Part shown: positions 52,693-64,000 of the stretch, one piece after another
How positions within the stretch are numbered: the stretch's first letter is position 1
How the letters are laid out: each line of letters starts with the position of its first letter
Assembly (NCBI GenBank): GCA_050273025.1
Contig: CP158635.1
Coordinates: forward strand, 27,838,001 to 27,902,000
Direction of reading: 5' to 3'
Length of the DNA stretch: 64,000 nucleotides
From: Cenococcum geophilum
Lineage: Eukaryota
The notes under the pieces: generated by a model
Databases searched by the model: none
Told to the model about the DNA's origin: nothing
The model's input: the letters and a program-made list of their open reading frames with translations, nothing else
Translations under genes and position numbers: made by a program

Positions 52693-53214
52693 ATGGCATC
52701 GCAATCCTCCAAGCGACCCTCCGAAGAACCCCACTACACGCAAGGTCCTGCTAAACGGCCTTGCCGAGCCGCCTCCGAGCCACCACTAGGTCTCCTAGCT
52801 CCTGCAAATGCGCCTTCCATGACGCCGCCATTGACTCCGCCCGCCAGCTCCTCCAATACTCCTGCGACTAACATCTCGTCTCCAACTATATCAATGAACC
52901 GTCCAGCATCTCCTGTACGCCCTGCAACGCCTAAGACGCCATCAAAGGTCGCTGGTTATCCGTTGCCAACACAAGAGATTTTTGAGATGAGTATAGAAGA
53001 GATACATGCGTATATGAGGTTAAGGGGTTGGGATAGTGATATCGGTATGCGAAGCACCTCCTCTTTGTTATAGGTGCATGCTAACAGCCTGATAGCCTTA
53101 GGGGATTCTATACCGTTTGACGGCTATCCAGACCTCGATTACGAAGATTACGAAGACTCTCTATATCAACAGGGGTTGGGTGAGGACAGCGATGAGAGTC
53201 TTCGGTGTTATTAA
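52693..53214 (+). CDS. Small Pro/Ser-rich hypothetical protein with acidic tail (exons 52693-53044, 53096-53214)
   Basis: 126-aa ORF plus a GTATGC...CTAAC...TAG intron that extends the frame to TAA 53212-53214. Confidence 0.6.
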
Positions 53215-54345
53215 TGGTTTGTCTGTTTGCTCTGTAAAGAGATATACAGTAATAGGCATTAGGAGTCATTCACACTACAAGGGCCGCATGGATTAAAAAG
53301 CACTATGTCCTTGTTTGTAGTGATAATTCTATATCCTAAAATAGTCCGATAATTCCGTTATGGCAATTGGGTCCTTATATATCTAGACTATCCCAGTAAT
53401 ACTGTCTTTCCGTAGTTTCCGCGTAGAATGTCCCAGCAGTAGAAAAGCGTGAGATCGTGAAGTTGCGGAGCAGCATTGTAATAAGGCTTAAAAACACCAG
53501 GTGAAAAAGAGGAATGCCAACATTGCTAAGTCTCTATCCATGCGTACGCCAAAAGAGGCCCGTGCACGAACACCAAAACATCAACACGCTCCTCCAAGTA
53601 CTCAATTCGGCTGTGCTCTATGCAATATACCTCTCTGCAAAGAAGGCAGGAACACCGCAGCCTAATTAGGACACGATAGAGTCAATTATATATCAAGTTT
53701 GAGCTTTATTATAATGATTTAGAGCCTTAATTCATTGATCAAATTCACGACTTCATTTTGTGAAGACTCGATTCAATCTAGAGACTCTGGTTGGTTCGCT
53801 TGTGCGTACGCCTTTCTCAACAGCGCATGGGATAAGGGGCTAAAGAAGGACTAGGTTCGCACCGAGGAGTATGCCAAAAGATAATGGATAAGAAGAATTT
53901 TTTCTTATTTATGAGTCATATTTGTTTAACGGCTTCTTGGCAAAGCGGAACTTAATTTTTAATCTAACCTTAGTTATTTGCAGCGTCGAATTCTTGGCTA
54001 GTGGTAATAAAGGAGAATATATTTACACGAGGAAGTAGCGGCCTCATTTCTGGGGAAGTCATTAGGAGTCTTAAAGCTCGTGTCATCGAACATATTAATG
54101 GCGACGATGAAGTCAATCAGTGAGGACGCAGTGTTAAGGATAAATAGGCAGTTTTACAGTGTGGGCAAGTATTAATGTTAATTCCGGTTAAGGTTAGTTA
54201 GTAGTGCGTGCACTACCTAATAAGGCAAAGTTTATAACATTCCATGGAACTCTGGAAGTCTATGTGTAGGTAACCACTAGCTTCCAAATACTTATAGGAA
54301 GGAGTACATTAGCAAACCAATTTCTCACAAACAGCTTACAAAACG

Positions 54346-55365
54346 ATGGATTCTCAACTTAGTCTTTTTGAGCGCGCAATGGAAGCATGTCGTAAGACAT
54401 GGCCGAAAACTCTCTACAGCTCTTTTCACATGTTTGAGGTTATTTTACAGTTTTCAGAGAAAACTTGGGAAGAGATTGTTCGGATTCCACGATTTGACAA
54501 AAGCACCATAGAATACCTAGAGAAACGAATTCGACAATCACCAGACGATGAGCTCCGCAGATTATGGGTAGAGCACCACGGGCTTTGCACCTCCTGGAGT
54601 ATCCTAATCGCATCGATGCTTTTCGACGACCCTAACACGATGTACTTCGGCGACGACGGAAGACACCGACTGGCTTACACTAGCCATGGGCTAGTTATCG
54701 ATAGTTCGGCAAGGATCCCTGTGCTATTAAAGGGCGACAAGGCGTACACAAAAGGAGGGATCGAGTACAGAATGTCAACGGTAGAGGGTCAGCAGCCCTC
54801 ACTATCCTATACAGTGTGTCTCTTATCCTATACTCATGAATTACTTACTATAAGGTGCTAATTAAACATAGCGATCTGGAATTACCAAAACATACGACGT
54901 ATGCCAAAACTGGACAGATGCAATACAGAGGTGCTTAATCCAAGCAGCGAGCGGAAGAGACGTGATATGTTTATTTAGGTAGATTACCTTTTTCTTTTAG
55001 TTAAGTAACTAAGTTGGGATAACTAACGAAAGCGCAGAATAACCCAAGACAGTAGATTAAGATTTGATGGCCAAATTAAGTGGACGAAAGGCACAAACAT
55101 TATTGTATGGAGCAGACGGACCATACAAAAGGAAACAGGCCAGACTATAGAATTCCGCAAGCAAGCGATCTTCGGGAAGGGCACAGAGGATACTAACGCG
55201 AAGTGCAAGATGGCATTAATGTCATTTTGTCATGAAGATGGACGGAAAGCACTCTCCTCTACGATACTACCCATTATTCAAGAAAAGTTGTGGCCCGCCT
55301 TAGTGACCGTGTTCGGCCTGGCAGAACTGAAGGCCGATAATATTATCGTGAAGGCTAAAGAGTAG
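54346..55365 (+). CDS. Hypothetical protein of ~300 aa, possibly transglutaminase/papain-like fold (exons 54346-54813, 54872-54978, 55038-55365)
   Basis: Two GT-AG introns with CTAAT/CTAAC branch sites give an open frame. Motif GLCTS...H...IDSS. Confidence 0.7.
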
Positions 55366-55572
55366 CGAAAGGACTAGGAGGAGTAATCATAGAGTAGGAG
55401 AGAGCCAGCGCTGGCGCGGCAGAGCTCATCTACAACATCCATAATTTTCCTAATGTGTTCTGTCTGGAGAGCATCCAGTGAAGCTAGGCTGTAGAGAGTG
55501 GCGCTGCCGAACGCGGGCTGGCTTCGATTGCCCCATTAACTGGCGGTGGATTCATTGCGTTGGAGTTGACAT

Positions 55573-55650
55573 GGGAAATGGAATTGGAATTGGGATTGGG
55601 ATTGGAATTGGGATTGGGATTGGAATTGGGATTGAAACTGGAACTAGGAT
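55573..55650. repeat. Hexamer microsatellite (GGRATT)n
   Basis: About 10 GGAATT/GGGATT units plus degenerate copies. Confidence 0.9.
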
Positions 55651-56430
55651 TAGCATTGAAACTAGAAGCTCTCTCAGAACATCTCGTATTTTAGTTAACG
55701 TTCCTCACCTGACTGATGTGTACTTATTCCGTCTGGTTACCAATTTTTTTTTTTTTTGAATCGTAGCCAGATCATCCAAACTCGGCTGATAATTGGTGTC
55801 GGAAGCTTAGTGTTCATAAGGTAAAGGACGCTTAATAGAAGTAGAAGGTTGGCAGTCGAAAGCAGAACGTGAGTTATGCTTGATTGAAAGTTCGATCGTC
55901 TGATGAGGGCCCTTAGCAGCTACAGCGGATATGAAGACAGGTGTAGCAGCTATAAAGGGAAATAAGATGGAATGGGCGTGGTAACGGTTAGCCAAAGCAA
56001 GGCGTCGGATTGATGTGGGAGAATAAAAGGAGTTGGAGTAGATGTAGAGTTATATGGTATGAATAGTTGCAGCTTTACTTGAGGCAATGCAATAAAATGA
56101 ATGAGTGAAAGCTCAAAGGCGAGCTGGTAATTGAGTAAAATACAAAATTCGTTGAAAGCCTGTCATCTGTCAAAAGCATGCAAGCTGCCAGCCATAAGCG
56201 AGGGCGGACTGGAAATCACGATTTGTCTCGCGACTGATGAGTCGATGCGGCACAGCAAGTCAGTCCTCAACACAAGGATATAGCAAGAGCGAAGATTGGG
56301 CCTGGGAATCGCAGGCATGGAGAGCCGCACAATATCACCCCCACGTCCACCCACCACCCACAATACTTACTCGATCGTTCCACCACAGTTGATCTCCCTC
56401 TCGATATCGTACTATCTTATCCCACAACGA

Positions 56431-58064
56431 ATGATGAGCACCACCTCTTTATACAACCGACTGAAGAACTCCAAGATTGAATGCAAGCTGAGCAACCGAA
56501 AGACGTTTTTGCCGCTAGATGTATTGGAAGCTGAGATCACGAAAGAGGAAATCGAAGCCTTGCTATTCCCTAAGATTAGTATATTTGGCCTGGTTCTCAT
56601 CGCTGGATTCGGAATTCCAACCAAAATAATAGAAAGTGCCAAGAAAGTCTTTGCGATTTTGGTCTTAATAGGGGATCCCGGCGCCGCCAAGGGCCTTCTC
56701 GCAGAAGGACTCAATGACAGTCACCTACCACTCAGTTAGAATCCTACGGCAGGGGAAGGGAACAGCTTAGTCTCGAGCGATGGGACGGTCTTCCATTCCT
56801 TCGCTAGCTGGAACGAACTCGGAGTTGACAGGTTTCTGGAAACTCAGTGGACTGTTCTAGCGCCCGTCCTGGAGAACAGTGGTGAAGATGTGACGCTGGA
56901 CCCAAGATACGTTCTGCCGCTTAAGTCCCTCAGAAACATTACACATGGACAATATAGCGACGTTTATCGAGGCGAGCTTCACCCTGCTCATCAGAAGGGG
57001 ATCCAGGTAGGCCCTCCTCCATCCCCAATTCCCTGCAGCTGAATGGAAGCTAAATTCAGAAGGCCTCAGGGGACAAAATCGAGGTTGCCGTCAAGGAATT
57101 CAACATCAAGAGCACACATGAGTTCGTCCAGGAGAGAAATAATCTAGCCAGAATTCGAAGTCTGAAACATCCGCATCTCATCCAGCATTACGCAACATTC
57201 GATACTGGAGAACAATACTACGTAATCTTTCCTTGGGCGGAAGGCGGGAATCTAAGAGATTACTGGATGTCTAAAGATTCGGTGGATCGTGACGCAGATC
57301 TGGCTTTGTGGTGTTTACGCCAGATGCTCGGTTTGACTGGAGCGCTCAAAGCCCTTCACGACATCAACTTTCGCCATGGAGATCTCAAACCAGAAAACAT
57401 CCTCAATTTCATTCAAGCCGACGGCGATTTGTTAGTCGTAGCCGATGTCGGCGTCTCACGAGTACACCAACATTCCACCATGAAGCGAAATTGGCCCACG
57501 ATCAGCACGGCCACCACCCCGGCGTACGAAGCACCAGAGGCCGTCATTGAAAAGGACTTAGCCAGGTCTCGCCGATATGATATCTGGTCGCTCGGTTGCA
57601 TCTTTCTCGAGTTCTCTATCTGGTTCTTGCACGGTGTTGAGTCAATTAACAGTTTTAGCATCGCTAGAGTACCGTTTCAGTCGCCTGATTCCAAGTACTA
57701 CTTCTACAACCTGACTTCGCAGCGAACGGCAGAAGTGCATCCCGCCGTCTTGGAAGCGATACAGGAACTGCAAGACGATCCACGATGTAAAGGCGACACC
57801 GCGCTGGCTGCCCTTTTGACCCTCATCGCTGAAAGCCTTCTTCGAATCGCCACGGAGGACCGCGATCACACTAATCAGGTGCAAGAAAAGCTTGGCAAAA
57901 TTTTCCAGAGGGCTCAGCTTGATCCAAACTATCGATTCAACCAAGTTGAGCCACCGCCGTCCAAGCCAGCCATCTTCCAACAGCGCGAAAGATCCCTCGC
58001 ACACCGGGGTCGACCGAGGGACTCTGTCATCATGGAAGAATCGCCCTTCAGGGTCGAAGACTAG
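56431..58064 (+). pseudogene. Ser/Thr protein kinase with one in-frame TAG (56737-56739); intron ~57007-57059
   Basis: VAVKEF, HGDLKPENIL, ADVG, APE and DIWSLG are intact. The N-terminal region (KVFAILVLI...FLETQW..LAPV) reads in frame through the TAG. Confidence 0.85.
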
Positions 58065-58211
58065 GTTAGACGTTGATGATGGCTTCGTTCCGGCGTTTCT
58101 ATTACTCGTTGTTCATATCGAGGGGTTTAGATCGGTCAGTCTAGATGATTACTATGTCTTCTGGAGCTATGGAGTTATTCGTGGAAAATTTCCATTACTA
58201 TATACGGCTTA

Positions 58212-59594
58212 GACATACTGCTTGGGTATCGGAAAACCAAGGCTTCCAAGCTAGACGCGACATATCTTCCAATCTTAAACCAGCTGTTTGACGAGGAAGA
58301 TGAGGAGGACAAAGAAAGATGGGCTAGTGAGTTCCAGGAAATAGTTGGGAGCATCGTTGTTTTAGAGAGTCCCCTCTATATTGCCTCGCTTGCAAGTCTC
58401 CTTGGTATGCCCAAAGACGATATTAGCTGCCGGCTAGATTCTCCACACTCTGTTCTCAGCATTCCCGATAGCGAGGATGTTCCCGTACGGCTCCTACATC
58501 TGTCCTTTCGCGAGTTCCTCGTCGATTGTGGAAAGCAGGGAAGGAGCCCTTTCTAGGTAAATGAGGAGGAAACACATGAGAGGCTAGCTGCTCGGTGCCT
58601 TGAACTAATGTCCAGCCCAAAAGGCCTGCAACAGAACATATGCAACCTCTTGATGCCTGGGACTCTGAGAACCGAGATCGATGAACTGACAATCGCTAGC
58701 GGTCTACCACCTGAGGTACAATATGCTTGCCGTTATTGGGTACACCATCTGGAGCAGGGAAAACGCTACATCCACAACAGGGACTCGATCTACCTTTTCC
58801 TCCAGAAGCATTTCCTTCACTGGCCATGAGCCTTATCGGAGAAACATACAAATGCATCCACATAATTGATAGCTTGCAGGCGCTCACGGGCGTAAGACTG
58901 CTTGCAACGCTTCATTGTAATTGCTATACTTACCTGTGAGACAGTCAGCCAACAGTGCTAGCTCGAGCTTTCTTCGCGATGCGAAACGATTTGCACTACG
59001 GTTCCGCCGTTACTCGAAGACACTCCTCTACAGATCTATTCTTCAGCTCTTATCTTTACTCCAGAGATGAGTATCATACGGCAGACATTTGCGAAGCATA
59101 CTACAGGGTGGGTTAGCATGATACCAAAGGTAGAAGATGATTGGAACGCTTGCCGCAGCACGCTCGAAGGCCATTTGGATTACGTCGGCGCTGTCGCCTT
59201 TTCGCCGGACAGGCAGCTGGTTGCGTCGGTATCAAACGACAAGACGATACGGCTGTGGGGGACATCGATGGGGTTGTGCCGCAGCACGCTGGAAGGCTAT
59301 TTGAACTCGGTTAGGGCGGTCGCCTTCTCGCCGGACGGCCAGTCCCTAGAGACAAATAGAGGACAAATCCCTCTTTCCTTCCTTTTGTCTAATACTTCTT
59401 CCTCCCAGGGAAATGGACAACCTACCTTCTTTGTGATAGGCCAATGGGTAACTTACAAAGGGTTGCGTTTTCTTTGGCTTCCTCCTAAATACCAACCAGC
59501 CTGTACAGCTGTTTATAGTAATATAATATGCGTAGGTCACTTATCAGGTCGTTTAACCTTACTTCAACTTTGCGCGGATAATATTGAGTGGTAG
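58212..59594 (+). pseudogene. 5'-truncated HET-E-like NACHT-WD40 (NLR) relic
   Basis: LDATYLPIL, LLHLSFREFL, QYACRYW, PLQIYSSALIF and about 1.5 TLEGH..AVAFSPD repeats. TAG at 58554, frameshifts near 58823 and 59010, no NACHT P-loop. Confidence 0.9.
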
Positions 59595-59850
59595 TTTGGG
59601 CTTGTAGACCTGTTGAGAAGTTAACACTTTAAAAAAAAATTAAATTTGGCATGACTGTTTCATGTAGGTACCTAGGGGACCGGATGAATTTATATTTTAA
59701 TGTCTTTTTCTAGCAGCTTTCGATAGTTCTCTTTCGGTCTTGAAGCTAGCCTTCGATGATTTTGGGGGTTTCTACGGAACGGGACAACCTGTAAGGCTCT
59801 GGTTCGATTCGATCGATCGATTGAATCGATCGTGGTGTTCGCTGGTCGTT

Positions 59851-59945
59851 CGAACGATTATCGTCTGGCTCCGGCGACGGTCGTCTGGTTCTGGCGATAG
59901 TTGTCTGGTTCTGACGACAGTTGTCTGGTTCTGGCGACGGTCCTC
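59851..59945. repeat. ~20-bp tandem repeat (GTTGTCTGGTTCTGGCGACG), 4-5 units
   Basis: Read directly. Confidence 0.75.
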
Positions 59946-60534
59946 TGCTGGCTGCCGTTCTAGTGCCTCCTGTAACTGACTACCGCACCCTACGTACCAC
60001 CACTGTCTCACCTGAGTATTACCCTGTTTCTACCGCGTATCACCCCGTTTCAGTTACGTATTAGTGTCCCCTTTCATCTTATTACTTACACCTTTTTCAT
60101 GTATTTATACCACCTGATTTCCATGGATTTTTAATTAAGTTGCTCGTTCAATTCTCCCACACTGCAAAGCTTACACCTCCTAAGGTAGGGAGGATGTAAG
60201 GAAGGGTAAAAATAAGGCGGCTACAAAGGGGGTAACTTGGCAGAGGCACGTGTAGGCTATCTGTGTGTCGCGCGCGCGCACAGGTGTCGAGGGGTGTGTG
60301 CATAGGGGTGTCGTTTGGAGGGGGTGAGGGGGGTGGGAGGGGTGTCGCTTAGGGGGTATCCTGCCAGGAGCCTCTTAGGACGATCAGGACCTCCAGGAAA
60401 ATCAAAATCCTGTCAGGAGGCCTCCAGGATCTTGGCACCCCAACAAAATGCTGATGAAGGAAGGGGTTTCCCTAGGCACGTGCAGCGCACGTGCCTCACA
60501 AGCGAGTCGTCCCTGCCATACCTTGCGGCTATAT

Positions 60535-62231
60535 AACTATCTACTCAGGTTTTACCTGACATAAAGTTCCTTAATATCCATATTATCAGCAGCACCAATA
60601 GCAATACCTTTAACCTCTTTAGACTCAACCTGCTGTGCTATAGTGCGGAATTTCTCCTTCTAAAATAGCTACCTTTTAGGGCAAAGACTGGGTTCTCCCT
60701 TATAGAACGGGCCGGTAGCCGTCACTCGTAGTAGTTCTTCATCATTTCATCACCTAGCCTCTCAAAAAGCCTGGAACTGCCATACTGCAAAGGAATTTAG
60801 ATTAACCTATTGGTAAAATGGTCCTAAGGTGTTATCTTGCTTTATAGGCTCTTAATAAACAAATTAGATTCGGGAATTAGATATATTAGGAGGAAATATA
60901 CTAAGCCAGACTTCTTTCAAACTCGTATCTAGAGAGGGAAGTTTAGTCCAGAACCTTATATTATACCCCTAAGACTAAAGCTTAGCATGTGTATATTCTA
61001 AGAGCAATTAAACGGAAATATCGCGTACATCTTGGGTAGTAATAGTGGTAGGCGGCAGAGAGTTTAGCTCTTTAAAAAAAAAAAAAGCCTTTCCTAAGAT
61101 AGTGTTTAAATTACTAATTGTATGCTAATAGGTGGTTTAATTAGCAGCGTCTCTCTTTTTGTTTTAATAGGAGAGGACCAAGGTCTAATACACTAGGCTT
61201 ACCTAAAATGATACGCAATATTAAACACAGATAACACCTTAGAGCTACCTAGCTTGCCTAAAACAGGTATTATATACAAAAGCACTTGACTTAGGTGACT
61301 ACCTTATATAATAATTGCTTTGACCTTACGCCCCCGTTAATTAAGCCCTAAATTACTAGATGCTGCACTTATCTATAACATTAATAGTGGTTTTAACTCA
61401 CCACCCTATAACAGATTAGTAGAATCTAATATAAATAAAACTAACTAAAAAAGAATGCGTATATAAGTATAAACGTAATATTGTTTTGGAGCGCGCTTTA
61501 TATAGGACTATTACGGATACTATATAAACTAAAAGGTTAAGAATGTCTATAAAGCCGTCCTCCACTAAGTAATAAGTATATTTCTCGCGAAAATATATAT
61601 AGGTAAGGGCGAATCCTTAAACCTATAAGTTAATCTCTAAGTAGATCGATTTCCTTCTATATTAGAGACGCTAATTATTAAATTATAGACTGTAACCTAA
61701 GCTAGTCTATTAAGGGAGGAATAAAAATAAGTAGATTATAAACCTAATTAAGTTAGCGCATGTAAAGTAATTTTAGAGTATATTAATATACTAGGGAGTT
61801 ATACTAACTAAATGCGTATAGATAAAGGATAAGTTAAGAGACTTTGGAGTTAAAGCAAACTGTAGGTTCTGGGCTATTATTAAGAAAGTATATGGCCTAG
61901 GCTTTAATAATAATAGTAAAAAGGCGAAGATGTTACTAAAAGACTACACTTTTATATATAAACAGGCTAAAATAGTATATGCTTCTTAATGCACCCCTCT
62001 ATTACTATGCCTAATATTTCTTTATACTAGAGATCTACTATTTTCTACCCCCTAAATTTAGCTATCCTTTATATTAAATTACTTACATTTTCTACCTAAA
62101 CTTTCTACCACTTTCTACCCTAAACCCCTACCATTTTCCATCTTACGAATTTACCTACTTTTATATAATAATTTAGCTTTTTTCTACTATAAATTCTATT
62201 ACTTTCTATTACCTTCTATACGTAGCCCTCC
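60535..62231 (-). pseudogene. Unidentified RIP-degraded coding/repeat relic
   Basis: A minus-strand frame at ~60970-60535 reads as protein after RIP reversal (...NDEELLRVTATGPF...KEKFRT...); family not recognised. Confidence 0.3.
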
Positions 62232-64000
62232 TTTTTTTTTTTTTTTTTTTTTTTATCCATTGTATTATACTACGTACAATACTGCGCATGCAGCCTTGGG
62301 CTATGGCGCTATAGTTCTATATACATAAATCCTTTCTAGGCAGCTTAATATGTACTAGTAGCTATGTCCTAGTAGTTTATAAACCCCTAAACTAGGAGTT
62401 TATAGTTTCCTAGTAAAATACTAAGATACTACAACTACTAGGGAATGAGAAAATGGTAAGAAAAACTATAAGAAATCCTAACCCCTGTCCCTGTCCTTTT
62501 GCAATTTATTTCTGTCCTTTTGCTCTCTAATATCTTTTACCCAGAAGCCTAGTAGGAGTTACCTCCTTCTAGAATCCTATTAATTTTATTCTTCCATAGA
62601 ATCTTCTACACTAGTACTATGTACTAGTTTAGCTGCTTTAAGAACCTCGCAGTCTTTACTATTAGCAAAGTGTTTTTCTTTACAATTAATGCAAAGAGGG
62701 GTAGTATGCTTGCAAGGCCTGCCCCCTACCATACAGGTAGGACAGACGTGGTCTTTAGATAGATGTGCAGCCGCACAATATCTATAGGCCCTAGTAGAGC
62801 ATCTATCTCCTATATGGCCAAATTTTTGGCAGCTATTACACTGCGTAGTAGGAGAGACTTCAAGGTATTTTACTACCTTAGTAGCTGTACCTGCAATTGA
62901 TATCTCTTTTTGTTTGAGGATTTCTTGTCTTTTTTCTTCGTTCTCTATAGTAAAAACTATAGAGCCAAATCTGGTCTGTGGATCGTGTCTTTTTACACTA
63001 GATGAGATCCATCTAGGTAGTCCTTGTATCCTTATAGGATTAAAAGTCTCAATTTCTTCTTTTAGAAGCTTAGAGCCTCCTTCTCCTAAGAAAGGTAGGG
63101 TAGGAACCCCATGGGCTATAATTTGAACCCATGGTTCTAGTTTTTGTTCTCTTTGAAAGGTAAAGCAGTTATGCCAGATTTCCTTATATTTGACTAGGAA
63201 ATCTGCATTATACTCTTCCGTAGTCGTAAGGAGAATATTTTGTTTTCCTTTAGTTCTAGTTATAGATGCTAAAACTGGTTTTTCTACTTGCAGTTTTGAT
63301 GCAAATAGTTGATTGACTTTGTTTCGTATAGAGAAGGTATCTAGAGGTTAGTCCTTTTGGTCTGTAATTAGGACTAGCTTTCTTTCTTGTAGCTGCTTTT
63401 TCTTACTTCTAGTAGAAGTAGAAGGGGTAGGAAATAGTAGTGACGAGGGGGGTAGAGAGGACGAAGTAGGGAGGTCCTTCTTTAGCCTCTCTGCGTAGGT
63501 TTCTTTAGTAGGGGCTACCTCCTTACGGAGAGCTCTTACTTCTTCAACTAGTCCTTTTAGGACTTCTTTTGTTTTTTCTTTTCCTTTTATAAAGGGATTT
63601 TCTCCTACTAGGATACTACGTGTATAGTCCTCTAGCTGTTTAACTTATTCCTTTTTGTCGTCTTTTTCTTCTAGCCCTTTATAGGCCTGAGTTAGGCTAT
63701 CTAGAGCCTTTTGTAGGTGTTGTTCTGGAGAAAGGGGAGAGAAAGATATACTAGGTATACCAGCCGTAAAAGTCATTTGTTTGGTTGTCTTTTTTGTAGG
63801 TTTTTGGTTTTCTTTTTCAGTAGAAGACTGAGGATGTCCTCTTTTTTCTCCTGTCCCAAATAGGCTAGGAGGAGGGAAAGGGCCAGGAGAAGGAGAAGGG
63901 CTAGAAAAAGTGAATGTAGATATAGACTCATTATCACTTATTTCTATAGGTTTCTTTTTAGGCCTGCCGGGCCTTAACATTTTGTGTCTTATAGGGGGTT
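62232..64000 (-). mobile_element. LINE-related (Tad1-like) element with ORF1 only; 5' end outside the window
   Basis: PolyT at 62232-62254; 3' tail shared with 17196-17327; ORF1 stop only ~330 bp from the polyA. Confidence 0.85.
62586..63980 (-). pseudogene. LINE ORF1 gag-like protein (465 codons, a few RIP stops) with zinc knuckles
   Basis: QCNSCQKFGHIGDRC, CAAAHLSKDHVC, CINCKEKHFANSKDC. ATG 63980 and TAA 62586 are in frame. Confidence 0.85.

Noticed and set aside
55478..55759. 93-aa ORF with a GIGIGI run
   Set aside because: The frame is explained by the hexamer microsatellite; GTG start.
57308..58212. Overlapping alternative-frame and antisense ORFs
   Set aside because: Shadows of the GC-balanced kinase coding sequence.

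Overview
Filamentous ascomycete (fungal) DNA. Positions ~1-52,100 and ~60,500-64,000 are AT-rich transposon nests degraded by RIP-type mutation (CpA->TpA, TpG->TpA), so their proteins can only be read by eye after reversing RIP. Nest 1 is a chromodomain Ty3/Gypsy element (A) interrupted by two Ty1/Copia elements and a solo LTR. The solo LTR holds a 12.1-kb Gypsy element (B), which in turn holds a 1.5-kb polyA retroposon. Nest 2 is a piggyBac split by a Gypsy element (C), which holds an inverted sister copy and a complete Ngaro tyrosine-recombinase retrotransposon. A little-mutated island at ~52.6-59.6 kb holds two hypothetical genes, a protein kinase with one in-frame TAG and a truncated NACHT-WD40 (NLR) relic. 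An ORF1-only LINE-like element ends the window. Most notable: (1) a ~900-codon extra ORF in Gypsy B ending in a 2OG-Fe(II)/PhyH-like dioxygenase; (2) a hairpin module shared downstream of pol by two Gypsy families and a Copia; (3) an antisense Zn2Cys6-like ORF in both Gypsy C copies; (4) two different non-autonomous retroposons with the same structured 3' tail. All reconstructed protein sequences are inference.
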